From positions 70,716 to 134,715 of the forward strand of contig JAUVWW010000001.1 in assembly GCA_030603885.1 (NCBI GenBank): a DNA stretch of 64,000 nucleotides, in the 5' to 3' direction. Shown here one piece after another: positions 56,620 to 64,000 of the stretch. Under the pieces are notes generated by a model. The model saw nothing but the letters and a program-made list of their open reading frames with translations, did no database searches and was not told the DNA's origin. Both the position numbers and the translations under genes were made by a program. Position 1 is the first letter of the stretch. Each line of letters opens with the position of its first letter. The DNA is from a bacterium (GTDB lineage: Bacteria > Patescibacteriota > JABMPQ01 > JAUVWW01).

Positions 56620-57747
56620 ATGAGTTTTTTAACCCTCATTTTCAAAAATCTATTTAGAAATAAAATCAGAACCTTACTTACCATTTTGGGTATTACCATT
56701 GGCATTATTACTATTTTTACTCTAAGTTCTATTACTGAGGGATTGAAAAAGGGCTATACAGAGTTACTCAAAGCTGGCAAAGCTGATTTTATGATCGGCC
56801 AAGCCGGGATAGCTGATCTTATGTTTTCCACTATTTCAGAAGACAAAGCCGAAGAAATTAGAAATATAGAAGGCGTTGATAATGCAGTGGGTGTTATAAT
56901 GACAGCAGTACCTATAGAAAATATGCCCTTCTTTGTTGTTATGGGTATAGAGAAAGAGGTAGTAGATGAAACTGAGATTTCTGGGATAGAGATTATTGAA
57001 GGACAGTCTTTTGCTAAAGAGGCAGAGAATGAAATACTTTTAGGTAAAATATCAGCCAAGAATCTTGACAAGCACATCGGAGATAAAATAACTTTGGCTG
57101 GGAAAGAGTTTAAAGTCACTGGGATTTCTGAGACGGGCAGTGTCTGGCAGGATGGAGGAGCTTTTCTTTCTTTAAAAACTTTACAGGCGATGCAGAAAAA
57201 AGAAGGAAAAATCACCATGATTATGGTAAAAAAGGATGTAGATGCAGATATTCATGAACTAACCCAAAGAATTGAAGATACTTATCCTGATGAGCTGGTG
57301 ACTATAAAATCAATAGATGAAATTAGTAAAGTGGACAAGGGAATGCAAGCAATAGACGCAACTACTTGGACTATATCTCTTTTAGCTATTGTTATTGGCG
57401 GAATTGGAGTAGCTAATACCATGATTATGTCGGTTTACGAGCGAACCCGGGAAATCGGAGTCCTGAGGGCTGTGGGATGGAAAAGGAGAAGAATCATAAG
57501 TCTGATTTTAGGTGAATCCTTTTTTATTGGTATCCTGGCAGCAGCAGTAGGAGCCCTTTTAGGAACAGGTGTAATTAAATTAATTATGCTGGTACCTCAA
57601 GTCTCGGCTTTTCTTGAACCATCTTATTCAATTAATATCTTTACTAGAGCTTTAGGAGTAGCTTTGCTGGTTGGACTTTTTGGAGGACTATATCCTGCTT
57701 ATAGAGCCTCAAGACTTTCTCCTTTAGAAGCCTTAAGATATGAATAA
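56620..57747 (+). CDS. MacB/FtsX-family ABC transporter permease
   Basis: RTLLTILGI, SVYERTREIGVLRAVG, YPAYRASRLSPLEALRYE. Confidence 0.93.
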   Translation: MSFLTLIFKNLFRNKIRTLLTILGITIGIITIFTLSSITEGLKKGYTELLKAGKADFMIGQAGIADLMFSTISEDKAEEIRNIEGVDNAVGVIMTAVPIENMPFFVVMGIEKEVVDETEISGIEIIEGQSFAKEAENEILLGKISAKNLDKHIGDKITLAGKEFKVTGISETGSVWQDGGAFLSLKTLQAMQKKEGKITMIMVKKDVDADIHELTQRIEDTYPDELVTIKSIDEISKVDKGMQAIDATTWTISLLAIVIGGIGVANTMIMSVYERTREIGVLRAVGWKRRRIISLILGESFFIGILAAAVGALLGTGVIKLIMLVPQVSAFLEPSYSINIFTRALGVALLVGLFGGLYPAYRASRLSPLEALRYE

Positions 57748-58399
57748 TATAATTGAAGCAAAAAATTTAGTTAAGACTTACGAACAAGGTCGAGTGCGAG
57801 CTCTTGATGATTTAAATTTAGAAGTTAGGAGAGGAGAATTTGTGGCTATTCAAGGACCTTCTGGATCTGGAAAATCTACTCTTTTACATATGATTGGCGC
57901 TTTGGATCGGCCAACTTCTGGAGAAATTTTTGTTTGTGGAATGGATTTGACCAAAGTTAAAAATTTAGATGAATTTAGATCTAAGAAAATTGGTTTTGTC
58001 TTTCAGCTTCATAATCTAATTCCTACCTTAACTGCTTTAGAAAATGTGCTTATTCCCATGTTTGAGCTAAAACTTAAAAAGAAAGAAAAAATAAATAAGG
58101 CTAAAGAATTACTTAAACTTATAGGGCTAGAAAAGAGATTAAATTATATTCCTCCCAAACTTTCTGGTGGAGAAAGAGAAAGGGTGGCTATTGCTAGATC
58201 TCTTGCTAACGACCCAGAAATAATTTTAGCTGATGAGCCAACTGGTAATGTAGATTCTAAGACAGGAGAAAAAATAATCTGCTTACTTAGAGATGTTAAC
58301 AAGAAAAAGGGAACTACTTTGGTGGTAGTAACTCATGACTCAGTAATTGCTGAGCATGCTCCGAGAGTACTTAAACTTGTGGATGGGAAAATAGTTTAA
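57740..58399 (+). CDS. LolD/MacB-type ABC transporter ATPase
   Basis: GPSGSGKST, LSGGERERVAIAR, LADEPTGN, VTHD. Confidence 0.95.
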   Translation: MNNIIEAKNLVKTYEQGRVRALDDLNLEVRRGEFVAIQGPSGSGKSTLLHMIGALDRPTSGEIFVCGMDLTKVKNLDEFRSKKIGFVFQLHNLIPTLTALENVLIPMFELKLKKKEKINKAKELLKLIGLEKRLNYIPPKLSGGERERVAIARSLANDPEIILADEPTGNVDSKTGEKIICLLRDVNKKKGTTLVVVTHDSVIAEHAPRVLKLVDGKIV

Positions 58400-58412
58400 C
58401 CCAAATTAGTTT

Positions 58413-59291
58413 ATGTGGATTTTACTTTCAATTATAGCTGCTTTTATTTGGTCTATTGTTAATGTTATTGATAAAACAATAATGACCAGATTTATTAAAA
58501 GGCCAGTTATACCTGTGATTATTTCAGGCCTTTTAGGTATAGTTTTTAGTTTAATAATTTGGACTAAAAAATTTGTTTTACTTTCTGGCTGGCCTTTATT
58601 TCTAAGTTTGTTGGCTGGAGCAATTGCAGCAGTGGCTACTATTTTTTATTTTAAAGCAATAAAGATAGAAGAAGCATCTCGGGTTGTGCCGCTTTTTGCC
58701 ATGACTTTGATTTGGATTGTTGTTTTAGCAGTAATATTTTTAGGAGAAATTCTGACCATTCAAGAATATTTTGGCATTTTTATAATTTTTCTAGGTTCTG
58801 TCTTAATTTCGATTAAAAAGAGATTTAGATTTTCTCTGGGTAAAGTTTTTCTTTTAATGTTGTTAAGTACTATATTATATGCGGTAAATAGAATTCTCTA
58901 TAAATATTTAATGGGTGATTGGGATTACTGGACAGTCTTTAGCTGGACTAATATAGGATTCTTTTTAATAATGTTTCCTTTGTTTATTTATTATATTCCC
59001 ATCTTTAGAGAGACAATCAAGAAATACAAAGGCAAGGCCATGGGGTTAATAATAAGTAGTGAGTCCCTAAGTTTAATAGCCCTTATAATTTTTCTTGTGG
59101 CTATGTCTTTTGGCTTTGTTGCTTTGGTTTCTGCTGTCAATTCTGTTCATTATCTTTTTGTTTTTCTTTGGACTATTCTCCTTTCAATTTGGTTCCCTAA
59201 AATTATCAAAGAAGAACTCAAAGGTTCAATTATTTTCCTAAAGCTTTTGGCAATTGTTTTAATTATTGGCGGAGTTGTATTGGTGACTTAG
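58413..59291 (+). CDS. EamA/DMT-family transporter
   Basis: About 10 TM helices, EASRVVPL, FLGEIL. Confidence 0.85.
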   Translation: MWILLSIIAAFIWSIVNVIDKTIMTRFIKRPVIPVIISGLLGIVFSLIIWTKKFVLLSGWPLFLSLLAGAIAAVATIFYFKAIKIEEASRVVPLFAMTLIWIVVLAVIFLGEILTIQEYFGIFIIFLGSVLISIKKRFRFSLGKVFLLMLLSTILYAVNRILYKYLMGDWDYWTVFSWTNIGFFLIMFPLFIYYIPIFRETIKKYKGKAMGLIISSESLSLIALIIFLVAMSFGFVALVSAVNSVHYLFVFLWTILLSIWFPKIIKEELKGSIIFLKLLAIVLIIGGVVLVT

Positions 59292-59296
59292 ACACT

Positions 59297-59499
59297 ATGA
59301 AACTAAAAAATCAAACAGCTATAGTTTCTGGAGGGTTGTTTGTCCAGGAGCCACAGCTACTAAAATATATTTTGACATGATACCCGATGCCGATCCTAAA
59401 ACTTTACTTAAGCCAGAAGAAGTAGCTAAGGTAGCATTAAAATTATCTTTGCTAGATGTAAAAGTGAAAAGTGAGAGTTTGGTAGATATTTGTAAATAG
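59297..59499 (+). pseudogene. Internally deleted short-chain dehydrogenase/reductase (SDR) remnant
   Basis: MKLKNQTAIVSGG (SDR N-terminus) joined out of frame to VVCPGATATKIY...LLKPEEVAKV...* (SDR C-terminus). Confidence 0.8.
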
Positions 59500-59510
59500 A
59501 GCACAGATAA

Positions 59511-59951
59511 ATGGATCTCCTAAAATATCAAAGAAAGAGAGAATTTAAAAAGACCCCTGAGCCAAAAGGAAAGATTTTTAAGACTAAAAAATATAGATTT
59601 GTAGTCCAAAAGCATCATGCTCGGCATCTGCATTATGATTTTAGACTAGAAATGGAAGGAGTACTTAAATCTTGGGCTGTACCTAAAGGACCCCCAGAGA
59701 AACCTGGAATAAAAAGGTTAGCTGTACAAGTCGAGGACCATCCAGTGGAATATATTGATTTTGAGGGCCAAATACCCAAAGGGCAATACGGAGCAGGAAC
59801 AGTAAAGATTTGGGACAAAGGGACTTACAAGCTTATATCTAAATCAGAGAACAGAATAAATTTTGAGTTATTTGGCAAAAAGTTAAAAGGACAGTATACT
59901 TTAATTAGATTTAGAAAACCAAAATACTGGCTTTTGATAAAGAAAAAATGA
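59511..59951 (+). CDS. Stand-alone LigD 3'-phosphoesterase (PE) domain protein
   Basis: FVVQKHHARHLHYDFRLE, LKSWAVPKGP, RLAVQVEDHP, FEGQIP.GQYGAG.V.IWDKG. Confidence 0.93.
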   Translation: MDLLKYQRKREFKKTPEPKGKIFKTKKYRFVVQKHHARHLHYDFRLEMEGVLKSWAVPKGPPEKPGIKRLAVQVEDHPVEYIDFEGQIPKGQYGAGTVKIWDKGTYKLISKSENRINFELFGKKLKGQYTLIRFRKPKYWLLIKKK

Positions 59952-60928
59952 AACCTCAACAACTAAAAAAACTTTTGGTTTATCTCTCAAAGGACTATAC
60001 TATTTTTGGACCAGAAAAAGTGGGAGATAGATTGCTAATTAGAGAAATAAAAGATGCAAAAAAATTTAAGCTGGTTAACAAAAAACCATTTTATTCCCAC
60101 AAAGAATTTCTTATTCCATCCTCTCAAACTTTGTTTAATTATGATAAAAATAAGCTCTTAAAACCAAGAATAAAAAGAAAACAAGTACTCATAGGTATAC
60201 CCGTCTATGATTTGAAAGCCTTTACTTTATTACATGAGGTTTTTGAGAAGGATGTCTATTTTCAAGAAATCATCCGCAATATTATATTAATTGGTCACAG
60301 CCCGGTACCAGAAGAGACCACTTTTTATGAAGATTACGAAGAACATATACTAGAACACCTTAGGTTTGATATATTTTTAGAGTTTAAACCAAAAGGAGAA
60401 TTTAGAGTTTTTACTGGCTCAGAAGATGGCCAAAGGATTTTAGAAAAAGTAGGCATAAAAGATTATGAGCATGTTGAATATGCTGGGGCAGTGCCAGAGG
60501 AAGGTTTAGCTATCACAGAAAAGATAAAACAAAAGCTGGTAAAAAGTTCTAAAAATACCAAAATATGGAAAGAACTAAACAAAAGATGTATTGTCTGTGG
60601 CAAGTGCGTTATTTCCTGTCCTACCTGTTTTTGCTTTAATATCGATGATGAGCCTGCTTTTGAGAAAAATCAGGGAAGTAGAATTAGAGACTGGGGTGTT
60701 TGTTTTTATGAAGAGTTTTCTGAGGTAGCTGGAGGGGAGAAATTTCTGAAAACTATCGGAGATAGAATCTATAACTGGTATGATCATAAGTTTGTTAGAA
60801 TACCAAATGAATATACTTTGCCTGGCTGTGTAGGCTGTGGTAGATGCATCGAAGTCTGTCCTGCTAACATTGACCTTAGAAAAACATTTCGAGATTTGAA
60901 AAAATTATTAAAAAGTAAAAAATTATGA
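59948..60928 (+). CDS. Sulfhydrogenase beta / AsrA-like 4Fe-4S subunit
   Basis: CIVCGKCVISCPTCFCF and CVGCGRCIEVCP. Confidence 0.85.
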   Translation: MKPQQLKKLLVYLSKDYTIFGPEKVGDRLLIREIKDAKKFKLVNKKPFYSHKEFLIPSSQTLFNYDKNKLLKPRIKRKQVLIGIPVYDLKAFTLLHEVFEKDVYFQEIIRNIILIGHSPVPEETTFYEDYEEHILEHLRFDIFLEFKPKGEFRVFTGSEDGQRILEKVGIKDYEHVEYAGAVPEEGLAITEKIKQKLVKSSKNTKIWKELNKRCIVCGKCVISCPTCFCFNIDDEPAFEKNQGSRIRDWGVCFYEEFSEVAGGEKFLKTIGDRIYNWYDHKFVRIPNEYTLPGCVGCGRCIEVCPANIDLRKTFRDLKKLLKSKKL

Positions 60929-61113
60929 GACCAAAAGTAGATGAAGAAAAATGTACTGGCTGTGGCATTTGTGTCAATCTCTGTCCCAAGACTTTTAAGA
61001 TTGGTGAAGATGGCAAGGCTGAAGTCATTGGAGAGGACACCTGTGGAAAAGAGTGCGACTGCCAAGCTGCAAAAGACTCATGCCCAGTCCAAGCTATAAC
61101 ATTAGAAGAGTAG
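60925..61113 (+). CDS. Ferredoxin
   Basis: CTGCGICVNLCP...SCPVQAI. Confidence 0.92.
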   Translation: MRPKVDEEKCTGCGICVNLCPKTFKIGEDGKAEVIGEDTCGKECDCQAAKDSCPVQAITLEE

Positions 61114-61137
61114 CTATATGATTGCCACTAGCCACTA

Positions 61138-61956
61138 ATGAAGAACATATATCAGACAAAATTGGCTAAAATTATTGATATTAAAAAAGAGGCAGAAGAT
61201 ATTAAACTGTTTACTTTTAAATTCGTTAATAAAAAAGACCAGACTAGATTGGATTTTACCCCAGGCCAATATTTTATTCTCTCAGTACTTGGTTTTGGAG
61301 AGGCCCCTTTTGCTTATTCATCCTCTCCTGAAGAAAAAGATTATTTTCAGGTCTGCATTCAGGAAAAAGGCACCTTAACTTCTGGCTTATTTAAGCTAAA
61401 AAAAGGCGATAAGGTTGGCATCAGAGGACCCTATGGCAATGGTTGGCCAAAAGAGATATTTTCTAAAAGAAATCTTTTGCTTGTTGGTGGTGGTTTGGGT
61501 CTTTTTCCTCTCAGACCTTTAATTAGATCAGTAGTTCTTGCTCCTCAAAAATTCAAAAAGGTACAGATCTTCTACGGCAGTCGCTGTCCAGAGCTATTGC
61601 TGTTTAAAAAAGAATATAAACTCTGGCAAAGATATACTGATCTATGTTTAACCTGTGATCGACGCAGTCGAGGTTGGAAAGGACGGGTAGGAGTAATCAC
61701 CACCTTATTCGATAAAGTAAAGCTTGTAGAGGATCCAGTAGTTTTAGTTTGTGGTCCACCCATTATGTATAAATTTGTCATTCAGAAACTAAAAGAACTG
61801 AAATTTAAAGATAAAGATGTTTATCTTTCTTTAGAAAGACGTATGTATTGTGGTGTAGGCACCTGTCAGCATTGTGTAGTAGGGGGAAAATATGTCTGTA
61901 AAGATGGACCAGTCTTTTCCTATAAAGAAATAAAAGAGATGCCACAAGCAATATAG
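61138..61956 (+). CDS. Sulfhydrogenase gamma / AsrB-like FAD/NAD(P)-binding 2Fe-2S subunit
   Basis: PGQY, RGPYGNG, GGGLG, CGPPIM, MYCGVGTCQHC...VCKDGPVF. Confidence 0.88.
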   Translation: MKNIYQTKLAKIIDIKKEAEDIKLFTFKFVNKKDQTRLDFTPGQYFILSVLGFGEAPFAYSSSPEEKDYFQVCIQEKGTLTSGLFKLKKGDKVGIRGPYGNGWPKEIFSKRNLLLVGGGLGLFPLRPLIRSVVLAPQKFKKVQIFYGSRCPELLLFKKEYKLWQRYTDLCLTCDRRSRGWKGRVGVITTLFDKVKLVEDPVVLVCGPPIMYKFVIQKLKELKFKDKDVYLSLERRMYCGVGTCQHCVVGGKYVCKDGPVFSYKEIKEMPQAI

Positions 61957-61959
61957 ATT

Positions 61960-62568
61960 ATGATAAAAAAATTATTAGTAGCCACACATAATCCGGCAAA
62001 AGTTGAAGAATACAAAAAATATTTAGCAGATTTGCCTTTAGAAATTGTTTCTTTAGGTGATTTGAATATTACTAAGAAAGTTAAGGAAAATGGTAAGACT
62101 TTCAAAGAAAATGCTATTCTAAAAGCAGAAACTTACGGAAAATTGACTGGACTTCCTGCTATTACTGATGATGGAGGGCTAGAGATTGATGCTTTGGGAG
62201 GCGAGCCAGGGATTAGAAGCCGCAATTGGCTTGGATACAGAATGACTGATGAGGAAATGATTGGTGAGGTAATGAAGAGAATGGAAGGTGTGCCTAAGAA
62301 TCAACGAACTTGTCGATTGGTTGGAGTAATTGCTTTATTTACACCTCGAGATAAAATCTATACACAATACGCATGTAAAAGAGGCATAATATCTTTAAAG
62401 CCTTGTGAAAAAAGAGTTCCTGGATATCCTTTTCGTTCAATTTTCTTTCTACCAGAGTTTAAAAAATTTTATAGTCAATTGACTGAAGAAGAACATGAGC
62501 AGGTTAATCACCGAAAATTTGCTCTAGAAAAATTAAAGAAAATCTTAAAGAAAGGGGGTGATAAATAA
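61960..62568 (+). CDS. Ham1/RdgB-family non-canonical NTP pyrophosphatase (divergent)
   Basis: ATHNPAK, ENGKTFKENAILKA, DDGGLEIDALGGEPG, NHR. Confidence 0.88.
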   Translation: MIKKLLVATHNPAKVEEYKKYLADLPLEIVSLGDLNITKKVKENGKTFKENAILKAETYGKLTGLPAITDDGGLEIDALGGEPGIRSRNWLGYRMTDEEMIGEVMKRMEGVPKNQRTCRLVGVIALFTPRDKIYTQYACKRGIISLKPCEKRVPGYPFRSIFFLPEFKKFYSQLTEEEHEQVNHRKFALEKLKKILKKGGDK

Positions 62569-62852
62569 TGTGCTACTCAATACCTGTAATTGCAGCTATT
62601 AGTACTTCCTTGGTCTGGCGTCAAAAAAGAGAACCAAATATTTGGTGGCTTAATTTGATGCTTTGGGGGGGTGCTTTGTTTGGAGTAATAGACCATCTTT
62701 GGAATGGAGAGCTATTTCTTATCTCTGAGAACATAGGCAAAGATTTAGCCTTAGGATGCGTGATTACTGCTGCCATATTTATCATTTGGAGAATAATTCT
62801 TGTCTTTGCCAAAAAAGGTCTTCTTCAAAAAAAGAAAATTAAGATATCTTAA
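62568..62852 (+). CDS. Small membrane protein (IDHLWNGEL motif)
   Basis: Strong SD, TAATG overlap with upstream gene, hydrophobic. Confidence 0.75.
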   Translation: MCYSIPVIAAISTSLVWRQKREPNIWWLNLMLWGGALFGVIDHLWNGELFLISENIGKDLALGCVITAAIFIIWRIILVFAKKGLLQKKKIKIS

Positions 62853-62867
62853 TTTTTAGAATGAACT

Positions 62868-63065
62868 ATGTGTCTATCTATCCCAGGAAAAATTATTTCT
62901 AAAGAGAAAAATAAAGCATTGGTGAATATTAATGGTTGCAAATCAAAAGTTGATTGTCGTTTGTTAAATGTTAAGGTAGGGGATTATGTTACTGTTCAAA
63001 ATGGATTTGCTATAAGAAAAATAAATAAAAAAGAAGTTCAAGAAATACTAAGGCTTCTAAAGTAA
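62868..63065 (+). CDS. hypC: Hydrogenase maturation chaperone HypC
   Basis: MCLSIPGKI, VKVGDYVTVQNGFAI. Confidence 0.9.
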   Translation: MCLSIPGKIISKEKNKALVNINGCKSKVDCRLLNVKVGDYVTVQNGFAIRKINKKEVQEILRLLK

Positions 63066-63083
63066 TTATCAATAAAAACTAAT

Positions 63084-63998
63084 ATGAAAGAAAACAAAGG
63101 TCTTATACTTGTCCTTTGCACTGCCCTAATCTCGGGGGTTTCTATCTTTATTAACAAATTTGGAGTCAAGGGAATTAACTCTTCAGTATTCTGTGGAATG
63201 AAAAACTTGGTGGTGGCTGTGTTTCTGATTTCTCTGATTCTAATTTTAAAAGAATGGAAGGTGTTAAGGCGCCTGCAGCGAAAAGACTGGCTCACTCTAT
63301 TTGTCATTGGTTTAGTTGGCGGAAGTGTACCCTTTCTACTTTTCTTTAAAGGATTACAAATGACTACTGGAGCTGAAGGTGCCTTTATTCATAAAACTTT
63401 ATTTATCTTTGTAGCCATTTTTGCTCTGATATTTCTAAAAGAAAAGCTACATAAAGGATTTATAATTGGAGCCCTGTGTCTTTTAGCTGGAAACGTCTTA
63501 CTTTTAAAATTAACTCATCCAATATTTGAGAAAGGCGATCTTTTAATCCTTCTGGCTATCATTCTTTGGGCAGCAGAGAATACCATATCAAAGTATGCCT
63601 TAAGGACTTTATCTCCTAGAATTGTTGCTTTTGGTAGAATGTTTTTTGGCTCACTTCTGATTATGGTGTTTTTAGCTGTTACTGGTCAGATCCATATTAT
63701 TGGCACTCTAACTGTCTCTCAGATAGGCTGGATTCTTATTACCTCTGCTTTTCTCTTCGGTTATGTAACTACCTGGTACACAGGAATCAAGTATACCCGT
63801 GTCTCTCAAGCTACTTGTGTTCTTACTCTAGGAGCTCCCATTACTTCCTTACTCTCACTTATCTTTTTACATCAGGCTTTGAGCTTTAAAGAAATCGCTG
63901 GTATGATATTGATTATTTTAGGTATAGTTTTAGTTATTGGCATAGCCAGATTATTTAGGAGATTAAAATTAACCAAACTAGCTCATGTTAGGAGTTAA
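63084..63998 (+). CDS. EamA/DMT-family transporter
   Basis: About 10 TM helices, FLLFFKGL, IFLKEK. Confidence 0.88.
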   Translation: MKENKGLILVLCTALISGVSIFINKFGVKGINSSVFCGMKNLVVAVFLISLILILKEWKVLRRLQRKDWLTLFVIGLVGGSVPFLLFFKGLQMTTGAEGAFIHKTLFIFVAIFALIFLKEKLHKGFIIGALCLLAGNVLLLKLTHPIFEKGDLLILLAIILWAAENTISKYALRTLSPRIVAFGRMFFGSLLIMVFLAVTGQIHIIGTLTVSQIGWILITSAFLFGYVTTWYTGIKYTRVSQATCVLTLGAPITSLLSLIFLHQALSFKEIAGMILIILGIVLVIGIARLFRRLKLTKLAHVRS

Positions 63999-64000
63999 AA

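Noticed and set aside
1291-63307. Numerous 60-150 aa antisense or nested ORFs in the track (e.g. 23327-23530, 44830-45147, 56754-57218, 59319-59504)
   Set aside because: Shadows of well-supported genes or pseudogenes, with no motifs or start signals
1-64000. CRISPR array, tRNA or rRNA genes, replication origin
   Set aside because: No regularly spaced repeats or cloverleafs seen, spacers are short, and only one DnaA box was noticed

Overview
Gene-dense, AT-rich chromosomal segment, most likely from a Patescibacteria (CPR, Parcubacteria-like) genome. This is inferred from gene content: two mreB, a CPR-type VirD4-like ATPase, a PEGA propeller protein, a 'SAKGGSATGG' palindromic repeat and few Shine-Dalgarno sites. 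It is mostly core genes: the alpha operon and rplM-rpsI, peptidoglycan/shape genes (murA, mreB x2, mreC, mreD, mrdA, alr, ddl, ftsQ), aminoacyl-tRNA synthetases (proS, lysS, serS, cysS), replication genes (holB, dnaB, dnaX, recR), and the start of a group-3b-type hydrogenase cluster. Main oddities: (1) a 7.4-kb integrase-free defence island between mreC and mreD, carrying a type IIG R-M gene, a translationally coupled Schlafen/AlbA_2 protein plus a 1210-aa PD-(D/E)xK nuclease/alpha-solenoid protein with no NTPase, and a decayed hsdS-like 3' end; (2) two self-contained cassettes sharing promoter, a very strong SD and an identical 26-aa leader (only synonymous differences) but unrelated cargo; (3) a membrane-anchored, D1-only Clp ATPase; (4) a PlsY/CTP-dependent lipid kinase fusion; (5) dispersed GAA-triloop hairpin elements and many degenerate 7/8-nt tandem arrays, some inside core ORFs. 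No rRNA, tRNA, CRISPR array, integrase or transposase was seen. All calls are by eye, without database searches.
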